NCBI RefSeq assembly: GCF_036365525.1
Contig: NC_090392.1
Span: 61,319,247 to 61,383,246, forward strand
Direction: 5' to 3'
Origin: Heterodontus francisci
Taxonomy: Eukaryota
Length of the DNA stretch: 64,000 nucleotides
Part shown: positions 26,793 to 39,559 of the stretch, one piece after another
Position numbering within the stretch: the first letter of the stretch is position 1
How the letters are laid out: each line of letters opens with the position of its first letter
Notes under the pieces: model-generated
Told to the model about the DNA's origin: nothing
The model's input: the letters and a program-made list of their open reading frames with translations, nothing else
Databases searched by the model: none
Made by a program: the position numbers and the translations under genes

Positions 26793-27828
26793 ACTGTCTG
26801 AGGGTTTTCTGTCTCTTGATGCTCCAGAATCCTTGACAATTATAGCAAAGTTGTTGTCATGGCGACAGCTGGTGCTCACCAATGGGTCAATTAAGATGTA
26901 GTTGATTCACTGATTTTCAAATTACAAGTGACTTGAAGGAAAGTAATTTAGGTCACGTTGTTACCTCAATTACATCAGATTTGGTGAGCTAAATGTTAAT
27001 GCAATTTGAAATTCGAAGCTGTTTGAATATGCTTTAAATGCTAATTTCCAAACTGTGGTCCTTCAAAGTTTTTATAATCCCCTCCTTTCTCCTGCTTTAA
27101 TGGGTCCTTTAGGGTTTATTTCAGCTCTTGCCTATTGCCATTAATTAGTTAATTAATCCATTCATTTCTTTTTACCTTGATTTTTTGGCTGAAGTATATA
27201 TTTTTGTTATTGAAAAATTCATTTAAATGATTTTAGATAAAAGTATCCAGCAGTTGACATGAAATATTCTATTCTTGCAATTTTTTGCATCTAGCTTTTG
27301 TGTCCTAATGTAAAACAAACTTATTTGGGCTGTAGCACAGTGATACAGTACCTTGTGCAGCATCGTATGCACCTCAAGAATTCTTTAAGCTGTGGTGTTT
27401 TGGGAGGTCATTAGTTGTGGTTTGGCCAAAGGGTTTGGCACAGACTCGATGGGCCGAATGGCCTCCTTCTGTGCTGTAACCATTCTATTAATCTGTGAGC
27501 TGGTTGCGATTAAGTATATAAGTGAGTGTGGAACGTGCCTCTTGTGGGAAATTTATTTGACTCCATTTTATTTAGGTGAAGTTTCGTTCATGATTGTTCT
27601 CAGTTGTATAAGTTTTTGATGAATCAATTATATATTGTTACTGTGTGAGAGTCTTCTGCGCTCTTGGATGCTCTAGAATACTTAACGATAGTTACGGCAA
27701 AGAAAGTTGTCACGGCTACAGCTGGTGCTTACCAATCGGGACAGTTAAAATGTAGTTGGATTCATTAAATTTCAAATTACCAGTAGCTTGCAGGAAAGTA
27801 ATTTAGTTCATGTTGTTACCTCAATTAC
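26793..27828. repeat. Diverged direct repeat of about 180 bp (26793-26973 and 27640-27828)
   Basis: Collinear shared blocks gatgctc.agaat, acagctggtgct.accaat, atgtagttg, tttcaaattac, aggaaagtaatttag and gttgttacctcaattac. Confidence 0.9.
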
Positions 27829-28142
27829 CCAGCATCAATTCCAATCCCAAAGTAAACAAGATAACAAGCATCCACTTACTATTCTGGGTTACATACATAC
27901 AAGGCAAATATCCCATGTTCATAGCATCCAATAGCCAAGGTCAGAAGTGATAATAATAGAGTTCAACATACACTTTAGCTGGAAGCTACAAGGAATGTTT
28001 ATTAATCACTCAAACAGAAAATATAATTAAGCATTGCTTCACTGCAGTCCAAATAATCTTTTCAGTAGAAATTATAGACTACTAAACAGCGTTAATTGTT
28101 TAAATGGTTTTCAGAATCTGCTCTACTTTTCAGAACAGAAAT

Positions 28143-28148
28143 TTTATT
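28143..28148 (-). terminator. Candidate AAMDC polyadenylation signal AATAAA
   Basis: tttatt on the + strand about 110 nt after the stop codon; a second one lies at 27998-28003. Confidence 0.55.
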
Positions 28149-28255
28149 AGTTAGTTTGCCTTTGCATCTTATATAAAAAAACACAATGCTAAAACCAGGC
28201 ATCTGAACATAACTGGCTATTCTCCTGTGGTCCACAAGGTGCTGACTCCGATGCT

Positions 28256-28396
28256 TCAGCAAGTTGAATGGAAGATTCCTCCGACAGCTACCCCCTCTTT
28301 CACCAGTTTGTTATACTGCTGCACAGCTTTCTCTGTTTGTAGAACCACAGCATCAACACCCTTACTTCTGATGAAAGACAATGTCGCTTCAGGCAC
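28256..28396 (-). CDS. AAMDC: AAMDC (Mth938 domain protein) last coding exon
   Basis: ttttag acceptor. Encodes VPEATLSFIRSKGVDAVVLQTEKAVQQYNKLVKEGVAVGGIFHSTC*, matching the AAMDC C-terminus GGVFHSTC. Confidence 0.96.
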   Translation of the reverse strand: MPEATLSFIRSKGVDAVVLQTEKAVQQYNKLVKEGVAVGGIFHSTC

Positions 28397-28624
28397 CTAA
28401 AACCAACACTGCAAATTAGATTTCAATGATGCTACTTCAGTAGAAGAATTTGCACTCATTCCTGATTTGGGTCAAATTTGAATCCAGATCAAATCCGTAG
28501 ATTACCATGCCACAAATGGATAATTTTACAAAACCAAAGGATAAATCTATTGATGTTTCTTTAAAACTTCAATTTGATAATACAATGGATGAAACCTAAT
28601 ACCACTATTCAAAAACATCCAGAA

Positions 28625-28903
28625 AGAACCAACCTGAGGAAAAACTTTTTTTTTTTTTACGCAGTGAGCCGTTAGGATCTGGAATCACTGTCTCAGAGTG
28701 TGGTGGAGGCAAATACAATCAGGGCTTTCAAAACCAAATTGGATAAGCACCTGAGGAAAAAGATTTTCAGGGCTACCGGGAAAGCCAGGTGGGGTGGGGA
28801 GAGGAGGTGGTGAGTCTAACTGAGTTGCTATTGCAGAGAGCCGGCACAGAAACTACAGGCCGAATGGCCTCCTTCTGTTTTGTAACCATTCTATGATTCT
28901 ATG
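28625..28903 (+). mobile_element. CR1 LINE 3' end fragment
   Basis: ggccgaatggcctccttctg...cattctatgattctatg tail. Confidence 0.75.
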
Positions 28904-28931
28904 CTCTAAAGAGATCTTTACAAGTTACCAT

Positions 28932-29095
28932 TTGTTTAAATGGTTTTCAGAATCTGCTCTACTTTTCAGAACACAAATTTTATTAGTTAGTTTGCCTTTA
29001 CATCTTATATTTTAAAAAAACACAATGCTAAAACCAGGCATCTAAACATAACTGGCTATTCTCCTGTGGTCCCGAAGGTGTTGACTCCGATGCTT
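28932..29095. repeat. Direct duplicate of 28096-28256 (AAMDC 3'UTR) inside the last AAMDC intron
   Basis: About 160 bp aligned by eye with roughly six substitutions and one small indel. Confidence 0.95.
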
Positions 29096-29880
29096 TTATT
29101 CTAACAAAAAGATCAAATGTATTCAAAATTTCTTTAAGGCCATTTTTAAAAAATCCAAATTGGGGTCTTGGTTTAACATCTGGTCTGAAAGACAGCATAT
29201 CTTGACAATGCAGTATTCCCTCAGTACTGCACTGAAGTGTCAGCCTAGATTATGTACTTAACTTTTTGCAGTGGGCTTGAACCAACTGAACAGGTGAAAG
29301 TGTTACCAATGAGCATTACTAGAAATTGGGCACGGTGATGCATGAGGTTGGATTGGGTGAGCATGGATGAGCTTGATGGTCTTTTCCCACCTATCTTCTC
29401 TTCTCATGTTAGTTTCAGTTCCTGGACTATTATCATTGACGATCAACTGTCTGGTGCTCGCAAGTACACAACAGCAGCCTATGGGAGCTCAGGGAACATT
29501 CTTCCTTATGGTCCAATCTGTTTGCTCTTCCAAAACAGCAAACTATCTATGTGGACATTAACAAATGGAAATTCATGTCCTACTCTGTGGTTACTCAAGG
29601 TTGCTAATCGACACTAGCACCTTCAAAGTGTTTCAGGGAAATGTTATTAAAAATACTAAGTTTGTACCTAAATTTTTCTCAAGAGACATACACACATGCC
29701 ATTAAAACTTAGTATTTAATACTGGCACTATTGTCAATGGAACACATTTATGACCAAATTTGAAAAATGATCTACCGATTGGACTGTGGTGAAAAAATTA
29801 CATTTCAAGAAAAGCAATGGGGTCATCTAAGCCACAAGCAAGTGAAGTTTGATGATTCATTTTGTTCAATGTTTCCCTTA

Positions 29881-30135
<255 letters not shown>

Positions 30136-30639
30136 TCAGTGATCTGCAGCCTCCCCACTAAAATATTGTATAATCTTTTAATTCTTGTTCTAATGTATCC
30201 TATTCTATATGACCTGAGCCATCTACTAACTAGTCGCACATATAAACTCTTGGAATGTGTATTGAGAATTCAACCATCAGGCCCAAATACAGCTTGGAAG
30301 AGCTAGTATTCTGATATTTGCATAGTCAGACCCAATATGCAAGTGCTAAGACTGTCGGATGAATCTCAAAATGGCAGCAGTTCTTACCATGTGCTTCTTA
30401 TCGTATTTGAGACCATTCTATAACCCTTAAAAGAAACTGGATTCACAACGGAATTTCAAGTGTTCTGGATTCTCTGCAGAAATTTTCTGCACAACGTATA
30501 TCAAGAAAGCAAACTGTCACAGAGGACACACAGATGTATTTCAATGAAAAAGTTCCATTTATGTAACATTCGTTATATCAACAAGACATTACAGAATGCT
30601 ACACCTTGAAGAAGTGAAAATGGACACCACAGGAAAGAA

Positions 30640-32788
30640 CAGTCAATGGGATTCATGGGGGAAACTCTCCACTGGTTGGAGTCATACCTAGCACAAAGAA
30701 AGATGGTTGAGGTTGTTGAAGGTTAGTCATCTCAGCTCCAAAACATCACTGCAGGAGTTCCTCAGGGTAGTGTCCTAGGCCCAACCATTTTCAGCTGCTT
30801 CATCAATGACCCTCCCTCCATCATAAGGTCAGAAGTGGGGATGTTCGCTGATGATTGCACAATGTTCAGCACCATTCACAACTCCTCAGATACTCAAGCA
30901 GTCCTGTAAGAGGTTCCGTCCCCGTACCCCCTTACTACAGTTCTTAGACTTTGGGAATTACAAGAACAAAATTACACACGACACAGAGTTAGGCTGAACC
31001 ACAAATTCGTTTAGTTAAAAAAAACCCTCCTAACATCCTGTTACAAAGACCTCTAAACTAATTTAAACCTTTTCCAAAAAAAACAGGCAAAACCCCACGT
31101 TTCTGCCCCAAATTCACTCAATTCAAAACTCAAACCCTGCCAGGATTTGGTTGCTACACTTAAAATTGTTTTAAAACTCTCAGCCTCAAATACCCCGTGG
31201 ATTTGGCTGATAACGTACAATCCTCTACACGGTTGGCCCTTCCAGTGAGAATTTGTAGGTCCACGAGCCAGGTTGACCATTCCTGACCCTCCTTCTCGAC
31301 TGCCGTGGCCATACTACAAACCCCTTCAAGATTTGACTGAAAAACTTACAATCACCCACACGTCTGATCATCACCAATGTTGATTGTAGGCCTGGACCTG
31401 AAATGACCAGTCCCCATCCTTCTTCACACAACTGCAGTGCCAAACCCTTCGATCTTGTCCTTTTTATGATGATCCTTATCGAAATATCATGAACACATCT
31501 CCTGAAGCCATCCTCCTGGATGGTCAGCACTTAGCACCTTTTAATCTCTTTCCTCTGTTACCTGCCTGGTCCAGACAGATCCATTTAGTGCTGATGTGAC
31601 TTCCCTGACCGAGAACAATGAACTCCACCAAGGTGAGGTAATACAGGCTCCAAAGCTAATATCCATGAAAGAGGTTTCTCTCCTGCCTTGACCAGTTAGT
31701 TGTAATAATGGCCTCCCCAATCACTTAACATGATTGCAGTTATGCTGGGTCACTGTTATGATAATGTCCCAAATTCAACTCCTTTAACAGTGTCTGTTCT
31801 GTTGTGATGTTTGAAAATTGCAGCCTGCCTCTGTGTGCTTTGTGTTGAGGTTTGGCTCTTATTCACAGTACTAATGTCCGTGGGGGTTGGGGTTCCTTCC
31901 CCTTAGTCCACAAAGTCCAGTCTTAAAGTCCAGTTGGGGAGGTGGGGGCAGGAATTCCAATCCCACAGTCCGTGCCAATATACAACAAGATCTAGACACT
32001 ATTCAGGCTTGGGCTGATAAGTGCAAGTTACATTTGCACCACACAAGTGCCAGGCGATGACAATCTCCAACAAGAGAGAATCCAAGCATCTCCCCTTGAC
32101 ATTCAATGGCATTACCATTGCTGAATCCCCCACTATCAAAATCCTGAGGGTTACCATTGACCAGAAACTGAACTGGACTAGCCATATAAGTACTGTGACT
32201 ACAAGAGCAGGTCAGAGGTTGGGTATTTTGCTCTGAGTTACTCACCTCCTGACTCCCCAAAGCCTGTCCACCATGTACAAGGCACAAGTCAGGAGTGTAA
32301 TGGAATACTCTCCACTTGCCTGGATGAGTGCAGCTCCAACAACACTCGAGAAGCTCAACACCATCTAGGACAAAGCAGCCCATCCACCACCTTAAACATT
32401 AATTATCTCCATCACCAACGCGCAGTAGCAGCAGAGTGTACCATCTACAAAATGCACTGTAGCAGCTCACAAGGCTCCTTCGACAGCAACTTCCAAACCT
32501 GCGACCGCTACCACCTAGAAGGATGAAGGCAGCAGATGCATGGGAACACCACCACCTGCAAGTTCCCCTCCAAGCCGCACACCATCCTGATTTGGAAGTA
32601 TATCACTGTTCATTCACTGTCTCTGGGTCAAAATCCTGGAACTCTTTAACAGCACTGAGGGTGTACCTACACCACTGCAGCGGTTCAAGAAGGCAGCTCA
32701 CCACCACCTTTTCAAGGGCAATTAGGGATAAGCAATAAATGCTGGCCTAGCCAGCGACGCCCACATCCCATGAAAGAATTTTTTAAAA
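30640..32788 (+). mobile_element. CR1/L2-clade LINE 3' half, split by a solo LTR
   Basis: GVPQGSVLGP..FSCFINDLP..MFADD RT motifs at 30750-30860; sequence resumes at 31968 and runs to the family 3' tail. Confidence 0.9.
30905..31967. mobile_element. Solo LTR (1063 bp)
   Basis: TG...CA termini with an exact 4-bp TSD GTCC (30901-30904 and 31968-31971); the LINE is contiguous across it. Confidence 0.88.
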
Positions 32789-33521
32789 ATTAGGTAAAAT
32801 GGATTAATAGGGCAGAGTTGAAAAAGTGGTTGACTAAAAATGTCGTTAGACTTCTGAAATCAAGGAGGAAGGAGGCAAGGCAAAATGGATTTGCAAAGGA
32901 GTTCTAGAGGGCAGATGCAAGACGGATAAAAGAATGGCTGGCAATGTAGAGTGAAGAGTAGGAGAAAGAATAGCAGAGGTGACAGCAGGTGCAAACAGTT
33001 GAGTAAGATCAAAAGGGCATTTTAAAGATGAGGATAACGATTTTAAAATTGATTTGTACAGCATGGGAAGTGGGTGTAACCTGACAAGGATGAAAGTAAT
33101 GGACGTACAGAGCTTTAAGCAAAAAGAATGCATTAATATGTACCAATATTACTTCTGCTTTGCATTTATATATTATGATGATTCCTTTAGTTGTTGGATT
33201 CCACTGTTCAATGCTGTTTGCTAGAAGTGTCTATTGTGTAGGCTGAGCATTATATTTATGGAATTTGTATTTTTTTGTTGTTGTTCCATAAGTATTTACT
33301 TGAATTTAAATTAAATGATTGCATTGCAAAAGTTACAACATCTGGAAATGGCACCTACAGAGCATCTCCATGGACTGGTTTTCACAGCACACGTTCTACT
33401 TGAAACCCTTTGCATGTAGACAACAAAGTTTTTTTATCCAATATGCCAGCAGACAATATATACAGATTATACTGTTTTAAACTATGCAGTTTGCTAGATT
33501 ACAATTAATTTCAGCATCTCA

Positions 33522-33674
<153 letters not shown>

Positions 33675-34049
33675 TCACTCACTGTTGGGGTAGGAAAACA
33701 AAAAGTGAGCTTCCATAGCAAATTATATACTTAATTGGTTTCTATTTGATGCATTTAAAGGAACTGGCCAGGACAACATAAATGTGGCTAAGGCCTTTTA
33801 ACTAACACTGTGTCTCCTGACTATGCAGACAGCATTGTCACCAAACACGTCCCTAAAGGAGTCACTGGAATGCTTAGCTAGCATTTCCAACAGAAGATTC
33901 CATTTTTACACAAATTATCAGATTTCCTTTCCCTTAGTTTTCTCTCTTTAAAGGCTTTCTCTCGTGCCAAAGTATGGATTCACACATGCAGACCTCCCAA
34001 TAAACCATTCTACATGTGTGGCCCATAACCGTGAGTGTTTGCAGGCCAT

Positions 34050-35597
34050 TTGGAAAACCACAAATGTAACACCTCTATTCAAGGAAGGGCAGGGAGCAGG
34101 GAGGATGGTACGGCAACAGGAAGCTACAGGCCAGTTAGCCTAATATCGGTCATTAGGAAAATGCTACAATCCATTATTAAGGAAGTAGTAGCAGGACATT
34201 TAGAAAATCATAATGCAATCAGGCAGAGCCAACATGGTTTTATGAAAGGGAAATCATGTTTGACTAATTTATTACAGTTCTTTGAGAATGTAACAAGTAG
34301 GTTGAATAATGGGGAACCAGTACATGCAGTATATTTGGATTTCCAAAAGGCATTCCATAAAGGTGCCACATGAAAGGTTACTACACAAGAGCTCATGGTG
34401 TTGGGGGTAGTATATTAGCATGGATACAGGATTGACTAACTAACAGGAAATAGAGTCAGGATAAATGGGCATTTTCGGGTTGGCAAACTGCAATTAGTGG
34501 AGTGCCACAGCGATCAGAGCTGGGGCCTCAACTATTTACTATTTAATGACTTGGATGAAGAGACGAGCGTATTGAAGCCAAATATGCACACATTACAAAG
34601 ATAGGTAGGAAAGCAAGTTGTGAGGACACAAAGTGTCTGCAAAGACATACAGATCGGTTAAGTGAGTGGCACAAATTTGGCAGATGGAGAATAATGTGGG
34701 AAAATGTGAGGTTGTCCATTTTGGCAGGAAGAATAGGAAAGCAGTGCTTACATAGACAGGTTGTAGAATTCTGTGGGACAGAATGATCTGGGTGTGCTTG
34801 TACATGAATCACAAAAAGTTAGCATGTAGGTTCAGCAAGTAATTAGGAAGGCAAATGGAATGTTGCATTTATTGCAAGTGGGATGGAGCATTAAAGTAGG
34901 GAAGTCTTGCTACAACTGTACAGGGCATTGGCAAGACCATACCCCCAAAGCACTGCAGTTTTGGTCTCCTTACTTAAGGAGGGATATACTTGCATTGGAG
35001 GCAGGTCAGAGAAGGTTCACTTAGCTGATTCCTGGGATGAAGGTGTTGTCTTATGAGGAAAGGCTGAGCAGGTTGGGCCGATACTCATTGGAGTTTAGAA
35101 TCATAGAATGGTTACAGCACAGGAGGCCTTTTGTCCCATGCTGGCTCTCTGCAAGAGCAACTCACCTGCAGCCAGGATGTTCTCAGGGTCCATAGAGGTG
35201 ATCTTGTTGAAACATAAGATTCTGAGTGTGCTTGACAGGGTAGATGCTGAGAGGATGTTTCCTCTTGTGGGGGGCAATCTCTAACTGGGGGGAGGGGGGA
35301 CACACAGTTTCAAAAAAAGTAGACTCCCATTGAAGATGGAGATGAGGAGGAATTTCTTCTCTCAGAGGGTTGTTAGTGTTTGGAATTCTCTTCCCCAGAG
35401 AGCAGTGGAGGCTGGGAAATTGAATATATTCAAGCTGAGTTAGACAGATTTTTGATCTACAAGGCAGTCAAGGGTTACAGGGAGCAAGGAGGAAAGTGGA
35501 GTTAAGACCACAATCAGATCAGCCATGATCTTATTAAATGGCGTGGCAGGCTCAAGGTACTGAATGGATTACTCCTGCTCCTATTTCTTATGTTATA
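34050..35597 (+). mobile_element. 5'-truncated CR1 LINE
   Basis: YRPVSLISV...QHGFMKGKSCLTNLLQFFE...YLDFQKAF and a 3' tail ctcctatttcttatgtt. Confidence 0.9.
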
Positions 35598-35999
35598 TTA
35601 TATAGCACTGGAGAAGTTTAAAACACTTCCAAAGAGGTCCACACAGGCATTACAGATCTGAGACTCATCCATTTAAGCAGAGTAATGCAGCACCCTAAAT
35701 AAAACAGCGCAGCATACCAGGTTTTATAGAGTTTGTAACAAAGTTATCACACACAATTACTGGAACAAAAATATATCACTGTTGCAGGTATGGAAACTTC
35801 TGCATCATCAGACTTGGCAACCCCCAGAGCTAGTGCGGTTTTACCCAGAGCAGATTGCTCAGGAACTGAATCCAGAGACTCGCCAACGTGGCAACCAAAC
35901 TCTGCTCGCACAAATCCTCTGGATTTTACATTTTATTTTTATGCTAATTGCCTAGCTACAGCTGGATTTTTTTTAAAAAAAAGCAGGAGGCTGTAGCAA

Positions 36000-36300
36000 T
36001 ATTCCCGCTGACTGACAGCCTGCAGCAGATCAGCGGTCTCTTCTTGAATCTCAGCCCGGAGGCTCAGCTGGAGCGGCGGCCGACAAACCTTCCCTCAGCG
36101 CTGGGCCAAGCAGCGTCTCGCTCCCTACAACAGAAGCTAAGTTAAATCTTCCCACCAACCTCCCGCTCCTCCGCCCCCTCCAACCTCAAGAACGCCGAGA
36201 GAAGTTGCCGGTCCTCGAAGCCGCCTCACCCCCAGCAGCGCCCACGGTCGGCACAGAAACGGCAGGTCGGGGCCTACAAAAGCCTGAGCTTCCTGTGCCA
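36000..36300 (-). promoter_or_regulatory. CpG-rich putative AAMDC promoter and non-coding first exon
   Basis: Local CpG/GC enrichment about 2.5 kb upstream of the ATG exon, which begins at an acceptor. Minus-strand donor GG|gtgagg at 36229, GC box and ACAGGAAG ETS motif nearby. Confidence 0.6.
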
Positions 36301-36309
36301 CCCTCCAAT

Positions 36310-37200
36310 TACAGCCCCTTAATCCTGTCTTGAGTATCCATCAGGGTAAACTCATCAGGGCTGTACCTCGAACTGTGTCTAAACTATCAAAACTACTTAT
36401 CCAACATCCAGTTCTCCATGAGCAGAAATTTTACCCCAATTAAATATTGGGAACACCAAAATTATTGCCTCCAGTCCCCGCCACAAACTCCACTCCCTGG
36501 CCACCAACTCCATCTCTCTTCCTGTTAACTATGGCTGAGAGAGACTATTCGTAAGCTTGGTGATCTTGAGATGGGCTTCTGACCACAAGTGCGCTGCCCC
36601 AAGACCACCTGTTTCGACCTCTGTAACAACACCCGACTGTCCCTGCCTCAGCTCATCTGCTGCTGCAACCCTCATCCATGCAGTTGTTATGCTCGACTTG
36701 ATTATTCAATTACACTTCCAGTTGGCCTCCCAAATTCTACCCTCTCTGAATGAGTTCATCCTAAACCCTGCTGTCCATATCACACATCACAGCAAGGCCC
36801 ATTCCTGCAGTCGCTGACCTACACTTGATCATGGTTAAACATTTCAATTTTAAAATTGTCATCCTTGTTTTCAAATCCCTCTATAACCTGACCCCTCCCC
36901 ATCTTTGTAATCGCCTCCAGCTTCACACGCCAGTGACAGATAGCTGTTGTTTTCTAACTTTGGTGTTGAGCATCCCCAATTTTAATCCTGCCAGCATTGC
37001 TGGCCATGGCTCCAGCTACCGAGGCCCCAAGGTCTGGTTTTCTCAAACCTCTCCACTCTCCTTTAAGACAATCCTTAAAACCTCTTCGACCAAGTTTTTC
37101 ATCATATGTCCTTATATCAGATGGCTTGGTGCCAAGGTTAGTTTTAGAAATGCTCCAGTGAAGCATCATGGGATGTTACACTAAAAGGCACGATGTAAAA
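36310..37200 (+). mobile_element. L2-clade LINE 3' fragment
   Basis: LSSSAAATLIHAVV..LD and FKIVILVFKSLYNLTP motifs typical of the L2 ORF2 C-terminus. Confidence 0.75.
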
Positions 37201-37744
37201 ACAACTTTATGGTCTCAAAACTTCTGGGGTTGAGAGCAACCTCTAAATCCACAGAAAATATAGGTGCACTTCTGACTGTTTCCTTTGGCTAATTTTCTTC
37301 AGCCTGGAATTAAATAAACTGCATAAATGTATAAAAAGTGTAAATCTGTTAACCTACTATCTGAATAAGTTAATGCTGTCTTTTTTCCTGGAATTAAATA
37401 TATCAACATTGTTCAGTTGCGGCAGTACTGGAGACCTGATAAAGGGCTCCATGCTAATAGAACTAGTTCTTCAAAAAGTTAAGACTTCCCTAAAATTTCT
37501 TTCGAAAGGCAGAAACTCAAGTTCAACTTTCATAGTGCACACATCTTGAAATAATCATCCAACTATCTCATATTCCAGGTGAACTACGATAGGCCAGGCC
37601 TACGCAGGTGTAGCATTAGTGGGTTAAAAACCCATTTGGGTTTTTTTAAATAAAAAGTTTCAAAAGCAAAGGAATAAAAGAACCGAGCATAAAACCAAAG
37701 TAAGATCGAGTTCACCAAAATGTATGCAAAGATCATGCCAGAAT

Positions 37745-39559
37745 TTTTTTTTTCTTTGGCCTCCTTATCTCGAGAGACAATGGGCAAGTGCCTGGAGGTG
37801 GTCAGTGGTGTGTGGAGCAGCACCTGGAGTGGCTATAAAGGCCAATTCCAGAGTGACAGGCTCTTCCACAGGTGCTGCAGAAAAATTTGTTTGTCGGGGC
37901 TGTTACACAGTTGACTCTCCCCTTGCGCTTTTATCTTTTTTCCTGCCAACTGCTAAGTCTCTTCGACTCGCCACACTTTAGCCCCGCCTTTATAGTTGCC
38001 CGCCAGCTCTGGCGATCGCTGGCAACTCACTCCCACGACTTGTGATCAATGTCACAGGACTTCATGTCACGTTTGCAGACGTCTTTAAAGCGGAGACACG
38101 GACGGCCGGCGGGTCTGATACCAGTGGCGAGCTCGCTGTACAATGTGTCTTTGGGGATCCTGCCATCTTCCATGCGGCTCACATGGCCAAGCCATCTCAA
38201 GCGCTGCTGACTCAGTAGTGTGTATAAGTTGGGGATGTTGGCCGCCTTGAGGACTTCTGTGTTGGAGATACGGTCCTGCCACCAAGTATTCTCCAGCGGC
38301 AGCGAAGATGGAATGAACTGAGACGTTGCTCTTGGCTGACATACGTTGTCCAGGCCTTGCTGCCATAGAGCAAGGTACTGAGGACACAGGCTTGATACAC
38401 TCGGACTTCTGTGTTCAGTGTCAGTGCGCCATTTTCCCACACTCTCTTGGCCAGTCTGGACATAGCAGTGGAAGCCTTTCCCATGCGCTTGTTGATAGTT
38501 GAGCCTAGGTAGGTGAACTCTTGAACCACTTCCAGAGCGTGGTCGCCAATATTGATGGATGGAGCATTTCTGACATCCTGCCCCATGTTAGTTTTCTTGA
38601 GGCTGATGGTTAGGCCAAATTCATTGCAGGCAGCCCCGGACCTCGATGAGACTCTGCAGGCACTCTTCAGTGTGAGATGTTAGAGCAGCATAGTCAGCAA
38701 AGAGGAGTTTCCTGATGAGGACTTTCCATACCTTGGACTTCGCTCTTAGACGGGCAAGGTTGAACAACCTGCCCCCTGATCTTGTGTGGAGGAAAATTCC
38801 TTCAGAAGACTTGAACACATGTGAAAACAGAGGGAGAAGAAAATCCCAAAAAGTGTGGGTGCGAGAACACAGCCCTGTTTCACGCCACTCAGGATGGGAA
38901 AGGGGCCTGATGAGGTGCCATGTTGAATTGTGCCTTTCATATTGTCATGGAATGAGGTGATGATACTTAGTAGCTTTGGTGGGTATCCTATCTTTTCTAG
39001 TAGGCTGAAGAGACCTCATCTGCTGACGAGGTCAAAGGCTTTGGTGAGATCAATGAAAGCAATGTAGAGGTGCATCTGTTGTTCGCGGCATTTCTCTTGT
39101 ATCTGACGAAGGGAGAACAGCATGTCAACAGTCGATCTCTCTGCACGAAAGCCACACTGTGCCTCAGGGTAGATGCACTCGGCCAGCTTCTGGAGCCTGT
39201 TTAGAGCGACTCGAGCAAAGACTTTCCCCACTCTGCTGAGCAGGGAGATTCCACGGTAGTTTTGCAGTCACCGCGGTCACCTTTGTTTTTATAGAGGGTG
39301 ATGATATTGGCATCGCGCATGTCCTGAGGTACTGCTCCCTCGTCCCAGCACAGGCATAGCAGTTCATGTAGTGCTGAGAGTATAGCAGGCTTGGCAATCT
39401 TGATTATTTCAGGGGTAATGCTGTCCTTCCCAGGGGCTTTTCCGCTGGCTAGAGAATCAATGGCATCACGGAGTTCTGATTTTGTTGGCTGTATGTCCAG
39501 CTCATCCATGACTGGTAGAGGCTGGGCTGCATTGAGGGCAATCTCAGTGACTGCTCTCA
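37745..39559 (-). mobile_element. 5'-truncated RTE-clade LINE with TSD
   Basis: RT motifs (EAQCGFRAERSTVDM, FIDLTKAFD, GVKQGCVLAPTLF, LLFADY), poly-A end at about 37745, and a 10-bp TSD ATGCCAGAAT at 37735-37744 and 39560-39569. Confidence 0.93.

Noticed and set aside
26793-29095. Similar spacing (about 840-850 bp) of the two neighbouring duplications, hinting at one periodic array
   Set aside because: The two repeat units are unrelated, differ greatly in divergence, and the intervening sequences do not align.
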